64,000 nucleotides of DNA, from the NCBI GenBank assembly GCA_000182565.2, contig KQ257458.1. The stretch is one strand, 5' to 3'. The stretch is from Spizellomyces punctatus DAOM BR117. Taxonomy: Eukaryota. Made by a program: the position numbers and the translations under genes. The notes beneath the pieces were generated by a model. It was not told the origin of the DNA. It ran no database searches and worked only from the letters and a program-made list of their open reading frames with translations. Shown piece after piece: positions 13,476 to 25,939 of the stretch (positions are counted from its first letter, which is position 1; every line of letters starts with the position of its first letter).

Positions 13476-15804
13476 TCAGTCCCCAGCCATACCACTCCTC
13501 GCATCGCCCAACGACGCCCGTCTTTGATACCCCTGACCGAGACCCTTCGCGTCCTCCAATACTCGACCATCCACCACCATCTTCCTAAATCCAAATGGAT
13601 CACGATCGTCTAGATCTGTAGCGAGGGAAGTGACGGGCCCATGTCTAAACAAAGAGAGCGAGTCTGTACTTGCTGTTGCTGGATATCCAAGGGTTGGGGT
13701 AGGAGAAATGGGTACTGTGGGAAGATCGAGGTAGTGAGGAATGATATCTAGGGCCGGGTGGTCATGACCACCCAATCCTGGTGAGTTTTGCGTTTGTGTT
13801 GGCCGAGCATGTCCAACGCTTGGACTCGTGACGGTTGCTGAACGTGGTCCTGGCGACACAGGTACCGCAGAACCGGCAAAGGAAGCGTTATTCGTTCCTC
13901 GTCGGACCTCGAATCCAGGTGGGGGAAGAGGAGATGGCCGATTGGATCTACTCCATGTCGCATATTTCCCAGCACCACCTCTTCGGATCTCTTGGTCGCG
14001 TTCTAATCGCCTCCTCTCTCGGTCTCTGAGCTCAGCCAAACGTTGCAAAAGCCGCATTTTCAAGCGACTTTCTTCACGGAGATCGGCTTGGAGTACCTTG
14101 TGTTCCTCCTGCAGACGAGTAAAGAGATTGTACCAAGAGTTTTCGCCGAGTGTATTCGAGTCGGGTCTATCAGTGGCGGTTGCGCGGATGTCGGCTTCGA
14201 TGGTTTGAAGTTGAGATTCTCTTTCGCGAATCTGCTTCCGATTTTCATCCAGCAGCTTTTCCTGGTGGGATAGCTCCCCTTCCAGCTTTGATATCTCGTC
14301 TACTCGCTCTTGTACATGCTTCTCCAAGTCTTGCTGACGGGCATCGGCTTCCGTACTCACTGCTTTTGACTCATCTCGTATTCTGATCAGTTCTTTTTCG
14401 AGTGCAACCATTTCCTGTTTTCGACTCTCCATTGTGTCAATGGTCTCTTGTCGCAATTTCAACTCACGGGTCAGTTTGTTTTCCAATTTGGCTGTCAACT
14501 CGTCCGCCTGGCGCCGGTAGTCCTCCAAGGTTTTGATGCGCGCTTTCAGCTCCGCCCGAGGCGCTTCACCAGCTTTTCGTGAATTGTTCAGGTTAACAAC
14601 CTCAGCATTGATCTCTGCTTGCTCTCTTTGAAATTGCTCCTCTGCATCCACTTGAGATTCTTCGATCTCAGTCCGCTGCTTCTTCAAAGACGCAATCTCT
14701 TCGTTTACGCGCGCTAGCTGCTCATCTAGTTGACGCTCCTCGCAGCAAGGTTCCGGTTTATCAGTATTCATATGGCTATCGGAGATCGCTCTACCTTTTG
14801 TAGGGAAGCCGTTACTACTGAGCCGAGGAAACTGGACACACACAATCCAAAAGTACCTTTGTCCTCAGACGCCTTTGGTGACGACTTCAATGTCTTCATC
14901 AAAACAGTCTTTGATGGCGTTCTTGTTCGTCTTCCCGCACATGCCCAAACGCGAACCCTATGGCGGGTCTCGGGTCGCAGTCCCGTAAGAAGCACGCTCG
15001 TTTCATCCTTGGACGTTTCGCCAACTACAATACCGTTGACTTCAATCAGATGCCGCTGCACTTCCACTCCATAAACAGGTTCCGCTCTCCAATAGATATT
15101 AGAGGTCGTTTCCGTTATATCTTTGATGACAATCACAGGTTCATCTGGTAAGAGAACACCAAAGAAGAAGCTGATCTGATCAAAGTTTTTATAGCTCAGG
15201 AAGAGAACCTTCCAAAAGAGGTAGTATGCTCCAGTAACAGTGCAATGTGCTGCGACGGGAGCCATAAATGATGGGGGTGCCACATGAATCCATGGATCCC
15301 AAACTGTGAAGCGGAGCACAATCATAGCTAGCACGATCAGCCAACTTTTCATGTTTGCAACGTCGAGGGAAAGACCGAACCCATGCATGCCATATACAAG
15401 GAACGTGTGGACAGTGAAGGATGCGTGGAATGTTGTTACTTCGTAGGGTATTAACCAGTACCTGTCGTAAGCGAATAGAACCGTCAGACAGAGTTCCTTT
15501 ACGAATCAATGATTGCACTTACACTAGGAGATCCGATACAAAAATTAAAAATAAAAGAGCAGAAAAAACAATGGCACCCAGTTCATATGCTTGTATAAAT
15601 ATTGTGATCGTCAACGCAGACATTAGCATCCATTCAATAGGGAATGCTAAAAGGGAAGACTCAGGACATGTTCGAGAATATGATAAACAAACACCGGCTC
15701 AATATACCTGTCCAAAAGCTGAGCAGGCAGACACCTAGCCATATGCCAACTGCCTGCTGAAAGGGTTGCAATGCTATTCGTTTCTTCCCAGCCCTGCTCG
15801 ACAT
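13476..15804 (-). CDS. Membrane protein with N-terminal TM helices, fibronectin type III domain and long coiled coil (AcrB-like architecture)
   Basis: ORF 14768-15388 has TM helices followed by FN3 (VIKDITETTSNIYW...IEVNG...SVLLTGLRPETRHRVRVWA). It splices to ORF 13476-14843, a ~260-aa heptad-rich coiled coil with a Pro/Ser tail. The start at 15804 (MSSRAGKKR) is tentative. Confidence 0.65.
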
Positions 15805-16130
15805 AATGAGTTATTCTAATCCTTCTCAGATATCCATATGATAAAGATCCTGGGTGCTTATCCTGACCTTGCCATTCCGACCAACTGTGTGCAAGCATTC
15901 CAACAAAAAGTTCGTTTTCAAAAGGGACGCGAACACACGAGCGATAGTCCCGTGATCATACCACGTGATGTCCGACTGACTCTCATTACGCAACCCATCG
16001 CAAGGTTGACTTGCCGCCTGCCCCAATGCTCAGGTTTTGAATGAGCAAACGTCAAGCGGTGGATAGCGGCATCTGTTGAATAAAGGCAGTATTGTTGCAC
16101 ATCTTTTTGTCTGCCAGGGAGTCCAAAAGA

Positions 16131-19118
16131 ATGACTCTGAAGCGGCGATCTAGCACTGATAGCGATCCCCCGTTTCGGCGCCGTGCAAACACCTTTCCAC
16201 TTGACGACGACAAATTGGAAAGTCAGGGTACAGGAGATAAATGGAGTATTGTCCGTCATGGGGCATGGGACGTGGTTCCTAGACTACAATCACAAATCTC
16301 TGACGTTGACAGAGCACTGGTCCACCTACCCCGCTCTCCAAACGGGACTTCAGAGCCTTCCTCCTCAAAAAATGCAGGATCTGCGGCTTTGATACCTCAC
16401 ACACCTTGGAATGTTATTCTACACAAGGCCGCAACTGGTCGGGCTGTTCTTTACAACCGTGATGAGAAGAAGGTTGTTGTCCAACGCGCCACGCCCAGCG
16501 TTTCCCACGTAGTCACCGATAAGCTTTGTCTTCTCTGTCGACGACCATGGTCGAAACGCCGGAGAAGTGCGCAGCAGGATGACAGTGAAGAAGAGACTGA
16601 ATTATGTGATTCGTTTATAAACCAGGACTATTTTAGGCTGCTTGAGTCTATAACGTAATGATCGGTTTGTGGCCCCAGAATGCGACACAATATTTATCTT
16701 GACTGTTCCGTTAATCCACGGTTTCATCTTTGCCATTCCGATCTGCAAAGACCGGATGTAGGCGATTCTGATGGACAAGCACATCTTCCTCCCCCAAGTT
16801 CTCCGACAAAATCGTCCAGCGCCCATGATCCAAAACCCCGCCCCATTCCTTCTCTCTCCTTTTCGGAGCCGACACAAAGCGCCGAACCTACAGGTTTGAG
16901 CGAGAGTAGTTTCAATCAGGGCTATTACGATAGGTTTTTCGTTGAAGAGCGGAAATTGGGAAGGGGATTACGGGGAAGCGTTTTTCTCTGTCAACATGTA
17001 CTTGTTTTGCCTGCCCTTCTCGTCCTTGCCACGGTCATTTGCTGACACAGTCACCCTTTTAAAGATTCTTGACCAAGTTCCCCTTGGACAGTTTGCAGTC
17101 AAGGCAATCCCGGTGGGGACGTCTCATGCATGGTTAGTTCGCATGTTGAAAGAAGTACATCTTTTGGAACGATTGCGGCATCCGAATATTATCGAATATA
17201 AGCATGCTTGGCTGGAGCATAGGCAGCTCACCCAATTCGGTGCGTTCACTTTGATGACAATTCATCGTCCAGATTTGGTTCCCAGACGAATACGGATCTT
17301 ACGAGACATAGTTGCTAGGCCCTGAAGTCCCGTGTCTTTTCGTTCTAATGGAACTCGCCAACGGCGGCAACCTCGAAGAATACATCTACGTCCAATGGCA
17401 TCCAGATTCCACCGACAGCATAGTTAACAGCGGCCAAATCTCTTCTGATGACGACAGGGACTTTAGCCACCTAACGCCCAAAGAACGCGTCAAACGATTG
17501 CGCGAACGCAAACGACGACGCCAAGAACAGTCACGCCTTCCACCATCCATCTCTTCCCTTTCTTCTTCGTCAGTCTCCAAATCGACCAGGTCCAATCGAG
17601 CGCAAATGCATGGAGGAATTGGACGGGGGCCCCAGGGGAAGAAGGTGCGGTTCTTGAAAGATTATGAAATCTGGTGTTTGTTTCTGGATATATGTAAGGG
17701 TTTGGCGCATTTGCATAAGCATGGCATCATTCATCGAGATTTGGTACGGTTGTGTTGAGCGGCATTTTTATCAATCGGAGAGAGTTGGTGATAACTGATT
17801 CCGGTATCGTAGAAACCTCCGAATTTATTACTCCATTTCGCCGATCCGAGCGACAAGGACGAAATGTATGTACAATTTATCGTTTGCAGTGGTCAACGAA
17901 CTGGTATACTCAGTAAAGCATCACTGCCGACAGCCCTCGCATCCTCATTTCTGATTTCGGTGAATGCGAAGTCCTATCTGATGAAACCCAACGCGAACGC
18001 ACAGGGGCGACTGGAACCCTTGAATTCATGCCTCCCGAACTCCTCGTAAAAGACTCGTCCGGTCACTATCTGAACGACCACTCTCCCAAAGCCGATATGT
18101 GGTCCCTAGGTGTCGTTTTGTACTTTTTGTGTTATTCTAGTGTACCTTATTCGCAGACAGATGATGTTGATGCGCTGAGAGAGGAGATTGTTGGGTTTGA
18201 GAGGTAAGAATCTATATAGAAGGTCATTGAGCAACAGAACATGTATCGTTAAAGTTGGAATTGGCAAAGCGTTACGTTTCCAGATCACGGCACCCGCGTG
18301 CCTACCGAACTCCAATCCCTTGTCACAAAGCTCCTCAGCCGCAACGCCCGCGATCGCCCATCAGTAGAAGAAATCCTCTCCACCTACGGACACCTAAGTA
18401 CATCTAACCGTTCGTCACCTCTGACGCCAAACCCATCCTTGGAATCAACACGAACCGAGACGTTTCGAACTGATGATGGGCTAAAAAGAGTCGTCAAGAA
18501 ACTGACTTTTGAGGAGCTGAAAGTACACGGAGCTGGTGATGGGGTACCCAGGAGGTATTCGGAGCCTGAAGTCAGGACTGCCCGTTGGGTAAGCTTCTTT
18601 TGTTTGGCGCTTATCGTCGTCTGGGCCAGAGTTTATAATTTTGCGTTCATCATATAATGGATATTATTAAAATCTGGTATTGCTATAGGATACCGCTTCA
18701 GTCCGACCGGTCCCTTCACTACCCAGCACGACCAACAATGAATCATGGGCTGAGAAGCGGCGGGTTGGTGTATTTGCAACAACGGTAGCGTTTTTTTTGG
18801 CCGCGCGTGGGTTGTGTGATTTTTTCGAATGTGTCTGATCATAATGTGTTTTGCTTAGGTTGTGACGCTGTTGGCTAGTCCACCCTCTCCACCTGGAATG
18901 GTATATGCTGCAATGTTTTTTGCATGTTGCGAAGTTGGATTGTGAGTACCATCATTAAGTCTTTCATGACAGCACGTGTTGACATTTTTTTTGATAGACC
19001 GCGAACGTATCCGGTAATGACTACGGTTGTACATGCCTTGTTGGTATGGTGGATGGGGTTAGGATTAGTAGCTTGGGTGGGTGTGGTTGGCGCAGGGGTA
19101 GGAAGGTTCTTAGAATGA
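16131..19118 (+). CDS. IKS1: IKS1-family Ser/Thr protein kinase, multi-exon, hydrophobic C-terminus
   Basis: CLLCRRP...FINQDYFRLL N-terminal motif, FNQGYYDRFFVEERKLGRGLRGSVFLCQH, FAVKAIPVG, WLVRMLKEV, HPNIIEYKHAWLE, HRDL|KPPNLLL, ISDFGE, TGATGTLEFMPPE, DMWSLG. The 3' end is approximate. Confidence 0.88.
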
Positions 19119-19247
19119 TGATGTACATAATGTTGGGCTTTTTGTGCACGGAATGTTTTGTGAAATATATTGCAAATGCAAAAATGGCGTATCTAAAAGT
19201 CTATGTGCAATTCGTGTATACGGTCCTATAGTACAGGAGGACAGGAG

Positions 19248-20408
19248 TTATAGGGGATGTAGGCGGGGTATGAAGGCAATTCCCTGGCCGGTCAAGATGA
19301 ACGTTCGTGTGGACTGATCGGGTGCAATGGAGATGGAAGTCTTGAGGAAAGTCTTTAGGGACGTCAAGAGTGGAATACTGCAATCAAAGTGAGTCAGCAA
19401 TCAAACGACAGAGCAAGCGCCAAGGAAGAATAAAAATACTCACGTCAAGGGCTCAATCCCTCCCACCCTGACTTGTCCTTTACCCTCCGCCAATGCCAAG
19501 AGAACCAACACAAACCCCTGTGCAGTCTTATCTACACAACCACCCTTCTTCATCTCCTGCAGCAGCAGTCTTGCAGTCCGGATCCCGAGTGTCTCAGGTA
19601 ACGGATGGGTCACATCGGTTTGCCCAGGGCGAGGAAGGAAGGCACAAGAAGCCGACAATGTCGTATGTGGTTCGGCGTGCGCAGTTAGGGTCAAGGCGTA
19701 CCCTGGTGTTGAAGACGTTGGTAATGTACATTGAGTGATATGGACGTCGGGGATAGTGCGCTTTAATAGCGCTGTGGCGGATGTGATCGGATCGGTCGCT
19801 AATGAGGGAGGAATATGGGATGTGTAGCATGTACCTCTTATATGAGTAGTAGGAGCTTGTGTCGTGAGTATCGGAGCACGAAGGGGACGTAATCTTGGTA
19901 CAGAATGCAGGGATACTCGTCCAAGTCCATCAGGAGGTGCTCCTCGTAGGTGGATCGTCAAAACCGGCGGCTCAACCCCAAATTCTCGCAAAACAGGCAC
20001 ATGAACACCTAATAGCGTGTCCACCGACAATGCAGTCTTGTCGTTTGTGATCCCAATGAGCTCTAGATGGATTTCGCAAAAGACCGATAATAGGAGCAAT
20101 GGTTCCAAATAGTATCCCACCGACCGCGCAGGGCAGCATGAATGTTGAACGTCATTCAATGTGGGAGGTCCAGGGGTAAACTTGAGTGCAGTTCCATCAT
20201 GCAACACTTGGTGCGTAGAGCAAGTCAACAAACAAAGAAGTGACACAAAATCCAATTCAAAATCCGTCAGTCCTGGCACAGAATCATCTTCAGAACAATG
20301 AATAGCGGAAATGTACACGGGAGTGTTTGTCAGGATCGACAGTACCAGCCGCGTGCGGAGGTCTGCATGGCCTGCAAAGCGCAAGATGACTTGAGAAGGA
20401 GCGACCAT
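19248..20408 (-). CDS. RCL1: RNA 3'-terminal phosphate cyclase-like protein Rcl1 (divergent), 2 exons
   Basis: LRFAGHADLRTRLVLSIL, PGLTDFELDF, GTALKFTPG, HSC...RSVGYYLEPLL, LIGITND, SVDTL, RGAPPDGLGRV, PETLG...LLQEMKKGGCVD. The intron at 19382-19443 joins to IPLLTSLKTF...HPL-stop. Confidence 0.8.
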
Positions 20409-20789
20409 GATGGGATGAACAAGAAAAAAAACCTACAAGAAAAAAAGATCGCAAGCTCCTAAGCTCCCTTATATAATCCAGTCTTAACAGTGGCACAGCG
20501 AGACTCATACACGTCACACTATTGGAATGGAAGAGGATTGGAACAGTTTTATAGAGTGACATGTCCACCATTTCATTCATATTTTTAGGTGCAATATGCA
20601 GATAAACAAAAGATGTGCATTTGACTTCTCACTTTTTCTTGGATAACTCAGTAAGTTGCAAAATAGCGATAATAAAAGCTTGAAATACTTGCGTTGAACT
20701 TTGGCTTCTACTGCGCATTTGTCACGTGATGACACATGATTAACAATCATTTGAACGTCTCCGATGCGTCTGGCTTTTGAACACCTTTC

Positions 20790-21518
20790 ATGGCCGACTG
20801 CATTGACCTTACCATTGACGACCAGCACAACCAGCAGTCAGAGTGCATAGACCTGACCACGGACGACTTTCAAGAGATCCAAGACATAACACACCAAACC
20901 CTAGAAGGAGACCGAGCAAAGGTTGAGGGAAAAGAAAGGCCGGAACCATGGAAGACTTTCAAAGCCCTAACAGGCTCAAACCCAATACCCTTTGTTCTTG
21001 CGCAACATCGAATACAAGATGCACAAAAAGCAGAGCATGACACTTCATCAGCAGAAATTTATAGATTGGTCATATCAAATGCCCTGTGTAGTTCCAGTGT
21101 CAAACCGCCCGCAAGAACATCACCACCTGGACCCTATTATTGTCAAACGTGCAATTCCCCCCACTCGACCCCAGTTGAAATTCATTCAACTTCAATCCCC
21201 CATCTCCTCTCCCTCTCCCCAGGCCGGTCAGCGCCCAACTATGGCCTGGACGCTACGAACAAGGGATTCCAAATGCTGCAAGATCAGGGTTGGACGTACG
21301 GGACCGGACTGGGTGTCGATGAGCAGGGTCGTCAGCAGCCGATTGCTACGCGACTAAAACGAGATCGGCGCGGTGTTGGAGGAGAGACGGGGCGGAAAAG
21401 GGTCACCCACACCTTGGTGGAGGCCCATGTTGAGCGAGTCACAAAGAAACGCCGGAAAGAGCTGGTAGAAAAGGAACGAAACGATCGCAAGGAATTGTTG
21501 GCGTATATGAATTCTTAG
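20790..21518 (+). CDS. G-patch domain protein with zinc-finger-like motif (GPANK1-like C-terminus, no ankyrin repeats)
   Basis: Intronless 242-aa ORF with YCQTC...HSTSIPHL, G-patch NKGFQMLQDQGWTYGTGLGVDEQGRQQPIATRLKRDRRGVG and a basic tail. Confidence 0.85.
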   Translation: MADCIDLTIDDQHNQQSECIDLTTDDFQEIQDITHQTLEGDRAKVEGKERPEPWKTFKALTGSNPIPFVLAQHRIQDAQKAEHDTSSAEIYRLVISNALCSSSVKPPARTSPPGPYYCQTCNSPHSTPVEIHSTSIPHLLSLSPGRSAPNYGLDATNKGFQMLQDQGWTYGTGLGVDEQGRQQPIATRLKRDRRGVGGETGRKRVTHTLVEAHVERVTKKRRKELVEKERNDRKELLAYMNS

Positions 21519-21621
21519 TAATGTGCTTGGGCAAATAATAACATGTATATATTTTGTTCTTTATAAAAAATTATCACACAACATTCACAAAATACACGAG
21601 ATATCAAAACAATAACATAGT

Positions 21622-24118
21622 CTACAACTTGGCTCTGACGGCACCAGAGCCCTTAATCAATGGCGCATAATGTTCGGCGTACCCACTCACAACTGGGAAA
21701 TTCTCTCCGAGATTCAGAGGATTGCGACCAGCACTCTCCACCAAACTCTCATAAACCCTACCGTCAGCCCGTCCCAAATCAGAGTTTAGAACATAGTCGC
21801 TGAATCCCCATGCATCAACCAATGCTACCGCATCGGGACGAAGGGCATTGACGAGACTTCGTACGCCCTGGCGTATGAGGGAGATTTGTGTCGGGTTGAT
21901 AAAAGTTGGTGACGAGGAGAGGAAACTACCCAGCTCGGTCTCCATGGTGTCGAGCGTAAAGAGGGTAAATAGGCGGTGGAGGAGAATCTGGATGGAAGGA
22001 GGTTGGGACCGGATAGCCTCGCCTTGGAGGGCACGGCAAAAGTTGTCAACCAAAATGTATTGGCAGTGTGCACGAGACACTTTGTAAATGTCCAGCTGTG
22101 CTGTCGTCCAGGTTAATTCGCCACTGTCCAAGGCCCGGACCAGGTCGGCGACCAGTTGCCCGGCCCGGTGGGCAAAGGCTGCTGTGAGGAGGGAAGGGTT
22201 CTCAAGGTCCGCCGCAGACTTTACGGGCCATGTCTCAGCGGAGAAGGACGGTTGGGCTGCATCGAGGAGGTACCGGGTAGTTGGGGTGATGTTTTCAGGG
22301 GCGTTAGAAGGGCTTGCTTTCATCTTTTTTAATGAACGGAATGTCTTGACGAGATAGCGAGCAGTTTGTTGGGTCAGCATGTAGTTGTCGCCCTCGTATG
22401 TAACATTAGGCAAATAGTCTGCAATAAACTCGGGGAATCCGCTGTTTTTCAAGAATCCGTGTCCACCGCATGATCTCCTGAGGTCTTCCATACCAGCAGC
22501 AGCCATATCCGTGGTCAATCCCTTCAACCCAGAACTGGTAGCATGGACTTCCGGAAGCCCATCAATCTTGCCGTTACTCAGATCCCGCACCAGTTGGTGG
22601 TATGACTCCATCATCGATACGCCGGTGAAGTGGAGAGCGTAGGACTTTGCAATTTGGGTCAAGAGACGATACTGCTGCATGGGGTAGTCAATGACAGCAG
22701 TCTCGGCAGGCCGGGGCAGAAGCTTCTTTACATTGTAATCCCCAGCGACAACGTCTTCCTTGCTAGCCTCCGCATTGCTAAATTGACGACGAACGGCAGA
22801 GTACCGGGTTGCAATTGTAGCTGCCCGTGCAAGGTTCTTGGCCGCGTTAGACACGATTGACGATCGGACAAACACCATGGTACCGTAGGACAGCTTGCTG
22901 GACGGAGGGCGGACGTAGGTACCATCCGGTTCAACCCGAGCGTACCGCATCAACATGGACTCGCGGGGAACACGAACACGGTCAAACAACATGAAGCCAT
23001 TGTCGACACAATTGTATCCGTACTTTGGTCCAATGTCGCCAATTGTAATACCAGGCAAGGGGACGTGGTCCTTCAAAGACCGAATTTGAACCAAAAAGGT
23101 GTGGGTTCCAAGGTCCTTGCCCTTAAGGATCAAGCGCGCAACCACGATCGCATGAGTTGCAGTACGGCCCAAACCTCCGATCCACCATTTGGATGCTGTC
23201 AATGAGGGAGAGTGGATCTCAAACTCTTGCGTCTCGGGAATGTAAGTGGCCAGAGTTTCAAGGCCTTGGACATTCGAGCCGTGGCCTAGCTCAGTTTGAG
23301 CGTAACAACCAATGATTTTGTTGTCAAATGCGAGGGGAAGCCATTTCGCTTTTTGTTCATCGCTGCCTTGCCCTAAGCCAACGCGACAATTGATTAGTCA
23401 GCGATCGGTGTGCAAGAGTACAAGAGTTGTACAGGCGAAAGCCATGATCGGTAGTCGTCGTCGTACAGAAACAGCGATACTGTAAGCCACGAATGCCTTG
23501 AAGCTCAACGGTCGTGTCTGCGACAACCCCGGCGACAGCCGTGTTCAACGACGACGTAAACGTTCCAGCAAGATAAAGCTCACCCTCAATTTACCCGTCG
23601 CGCCCACGTGACCAAAAGAAATGAAAACTCAAGCCTCGCAGCTCACCTTCCAGAGTAGGAATGAACATGGAATAGTGCAGAGAAAAAGGTCCTGGCTCAT
23701 CCAGCAATAGCATGGCTCGGAATATCAAATCCATGTTCCATCCCTTTTCCTTTGCCAATTCCAACATCCTTTTTCCCCTTGCCATCGCGTTCTGGAATCT
23801 TTGCTCCCTGGACATAAAGTGAAGATTCTCCTTGCTAAATACTTCCTCACTCTCCAACACCTCCAAAATCATCTTTTCCACTTCCAAATTCTCCTTTCCG
23901 TGCAGCAAGACAGACAGCTGGCTCGGATCAAAGGATGCTTTCGCGCGCTCTGCCGCGAGTGATTCAAAGCCTTGTGGCCCCGCTGGCTTCAGATTGTTTG
24001 GGTTGTTCCATGCTCCACGGCGAGAGGGAGCAACTTCGGGAACAATGAGCTCATCGTTCGAGGTGTTTTTGGAGGGAAGCTCAGCCGTAGACTGGTTGAC
24101 GCCCAGTTTGGTCGACAT
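21622..24118 (-). CDS. ACOX1: Peroxisomal acyl-CoA oxidase, 2 exons, C-terminal PTS1 (AKL)
   Basis: LAAERAKASFD, LHYSMFIPTL, GCYAQTELGHGSNVQGLET, KWWIGGLG, GDIGPKYG, DNGF, RYSAVRRQF, CGGHGF, TYEGDN, LRPDAVALVDAW, SDLGRADGRVYE. Ends -RAKL. Confidence 0.96.
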
Positions 24119-25183
24119 GTTGATGCAAGAGATGTGACAAAATAAAAACTAATCTACGTGGGATAACTCTATATAATTAAAATAAAACCAAAACACTATT
24201 CAATAGTAACGTGGTGGGAGGAGGACAACGAACGAACTGAGGGGAAAGCATGCCGAGCCTGTTTTTATATTCCTCGTCGACATCCCGATTGAACGGCCCT
24301 TCAGATTTGCCATTTTGTTTATTATTGCCAATTGGTTACATTTGAGATGGTTAGCATTACACACATTCCAATGAATCGGCATATAATATAATAATATTCA
24401 TAATGTGAATAAGTGTGAATACATGCTAATTTGTATCCATTCGAATCACGGTCTTCTTCATTTTCTTTCACACTTTTGGCGTCACGATTTGTCACTTTTA
24501 CCACGTGTTTTTTATCTCGCTCCTCGTCTTTCCGAGGATTAAGTTGTCACATGGCAATAAAATTTGCGACGCTCCGAAATCTTTAAATCACGTGAACACA
24601 TAGCATTCGGACATTCGGACATTTGGCACTCGCATCTAGTAAGGCAAGCAGATGAATGCAAGCCATGAAGGCACAACGTCTTTGATCTGCCACTCGAAGC
24701 TCTGACTTGCAGCTTTACTACTCTTTGACAGCTCTTTATTTGGCGTTACCTGCCAGCACTCCTATCATTCTTTTGCGACGAGTGAGCACCAGAGACATGG
24801 AAGCAATCTTGCTCTGTCCACAAACGCCAATTGATCACCGAATACAAAATATCGGATGCAAAGACTAGACCAGCAGACCAGAGCCCCGCGTGCCAACAGA
24901 TGCGGGGGACGCACTGTGACTCAGTAAGTGTTCAAAGCAAAAAGTAAAATTGCTAAAAAGAAACCAGGTAACACGTGAATGTTAAACATCCACGTGACTG
25001 AAAACGTCATGATCTGATGTAAGCAACGTCGATCTGGTTTTGACTTTGCTTCAAGGGCTTGTACTTGTTCTTGTCGGGGTGTCAATTTGCACACTAGCCC
25101 ATTACTTGAAAGCGGTTTTCCTAGGTGTTGGCCCATTCTTACAACAGCCAAAAACAACACAAGCAAGCAAAACAGGACGAACA

Positions 25184-25768
25184 ATGGAATGCCATAATGT
25201 GCTTTTAAACATTTTGTGGATCCTCTTGGGAGGAGAGGTGCTCTTTCTCTTTTGTACGTTCTGTGGTAATTCGCTTTTTTTTAGTTTGACCTGTCACTGA
25301 CTCTATGGTTTTAGATTGCTTGGGAGGTGTGGTTCTCATGCTAACAAGTATGTACCACATGTTTTTTTTGCTTGATACAACACATTGATATTGAATATTG
25401 TTTTACCGTAATGACCCTGTTGTTCGTAGTCGTTGGTTTCCCATTCGGAATCGAAGCCATCAAACTCGGTGCACTCGCATTACTCCCCTTTGGATCGGAA
25501 ATAGCGGCAAGAGAGGGTGTGAATGGGTGTAGATTCTTTTTCAACATTTTGTGGTTTTTACTGTTTGGGTGGGGCATTGCGCTGATTCATTTCCTATTGG
25601 CGCTCATTTTTGCCGTGACTATCATTGGTAAGAGTTTTTGTTCATTTGGTCGTGCGCAAAACCAAAAAGACTTATGCAGTATGATAAGGTCTCCCGTTTG
25701 CGTATCAGCATTGGAAATTGGCGTTTGTGGGTGCATTTCCATTTGGCAAAGTCATTTTATATTGGTGA
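25184..25768 (+). CDS. Stand-alone YccF-family small membrane protein (two YccF repeats), 4 exons
   Basis: Manual splicing gives MECHNVLLNILWILLGGEVLFLFYCLGGVVLMLTIVGFPFGIEAIKLGALALLPFG...FFNILWFLLFGWGIALIHFLLALIFAVTIIGLPFAYQHWKLAFVGAFPFGKVILYW, i.e. two N-I-L-W...T-I-x-G-x-P-F...P-F-G repeats. Confidence 0.85.
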
Positions 25769-25939
25769 AATAGTTTAGAAAGTATTGTTCATGGTTTAAT
25801 ATTCATCAAATGTTCTTGTAAATATGGATGCAGTGATTTTGTGCTTGAAGGAAACAATCAGAATTCCATTGTTATGTATTAATCAAAAGTAATACTCCAA
25901 AGTATCAGGTACCATGCACACCCCTTCATGCGATTCTCT

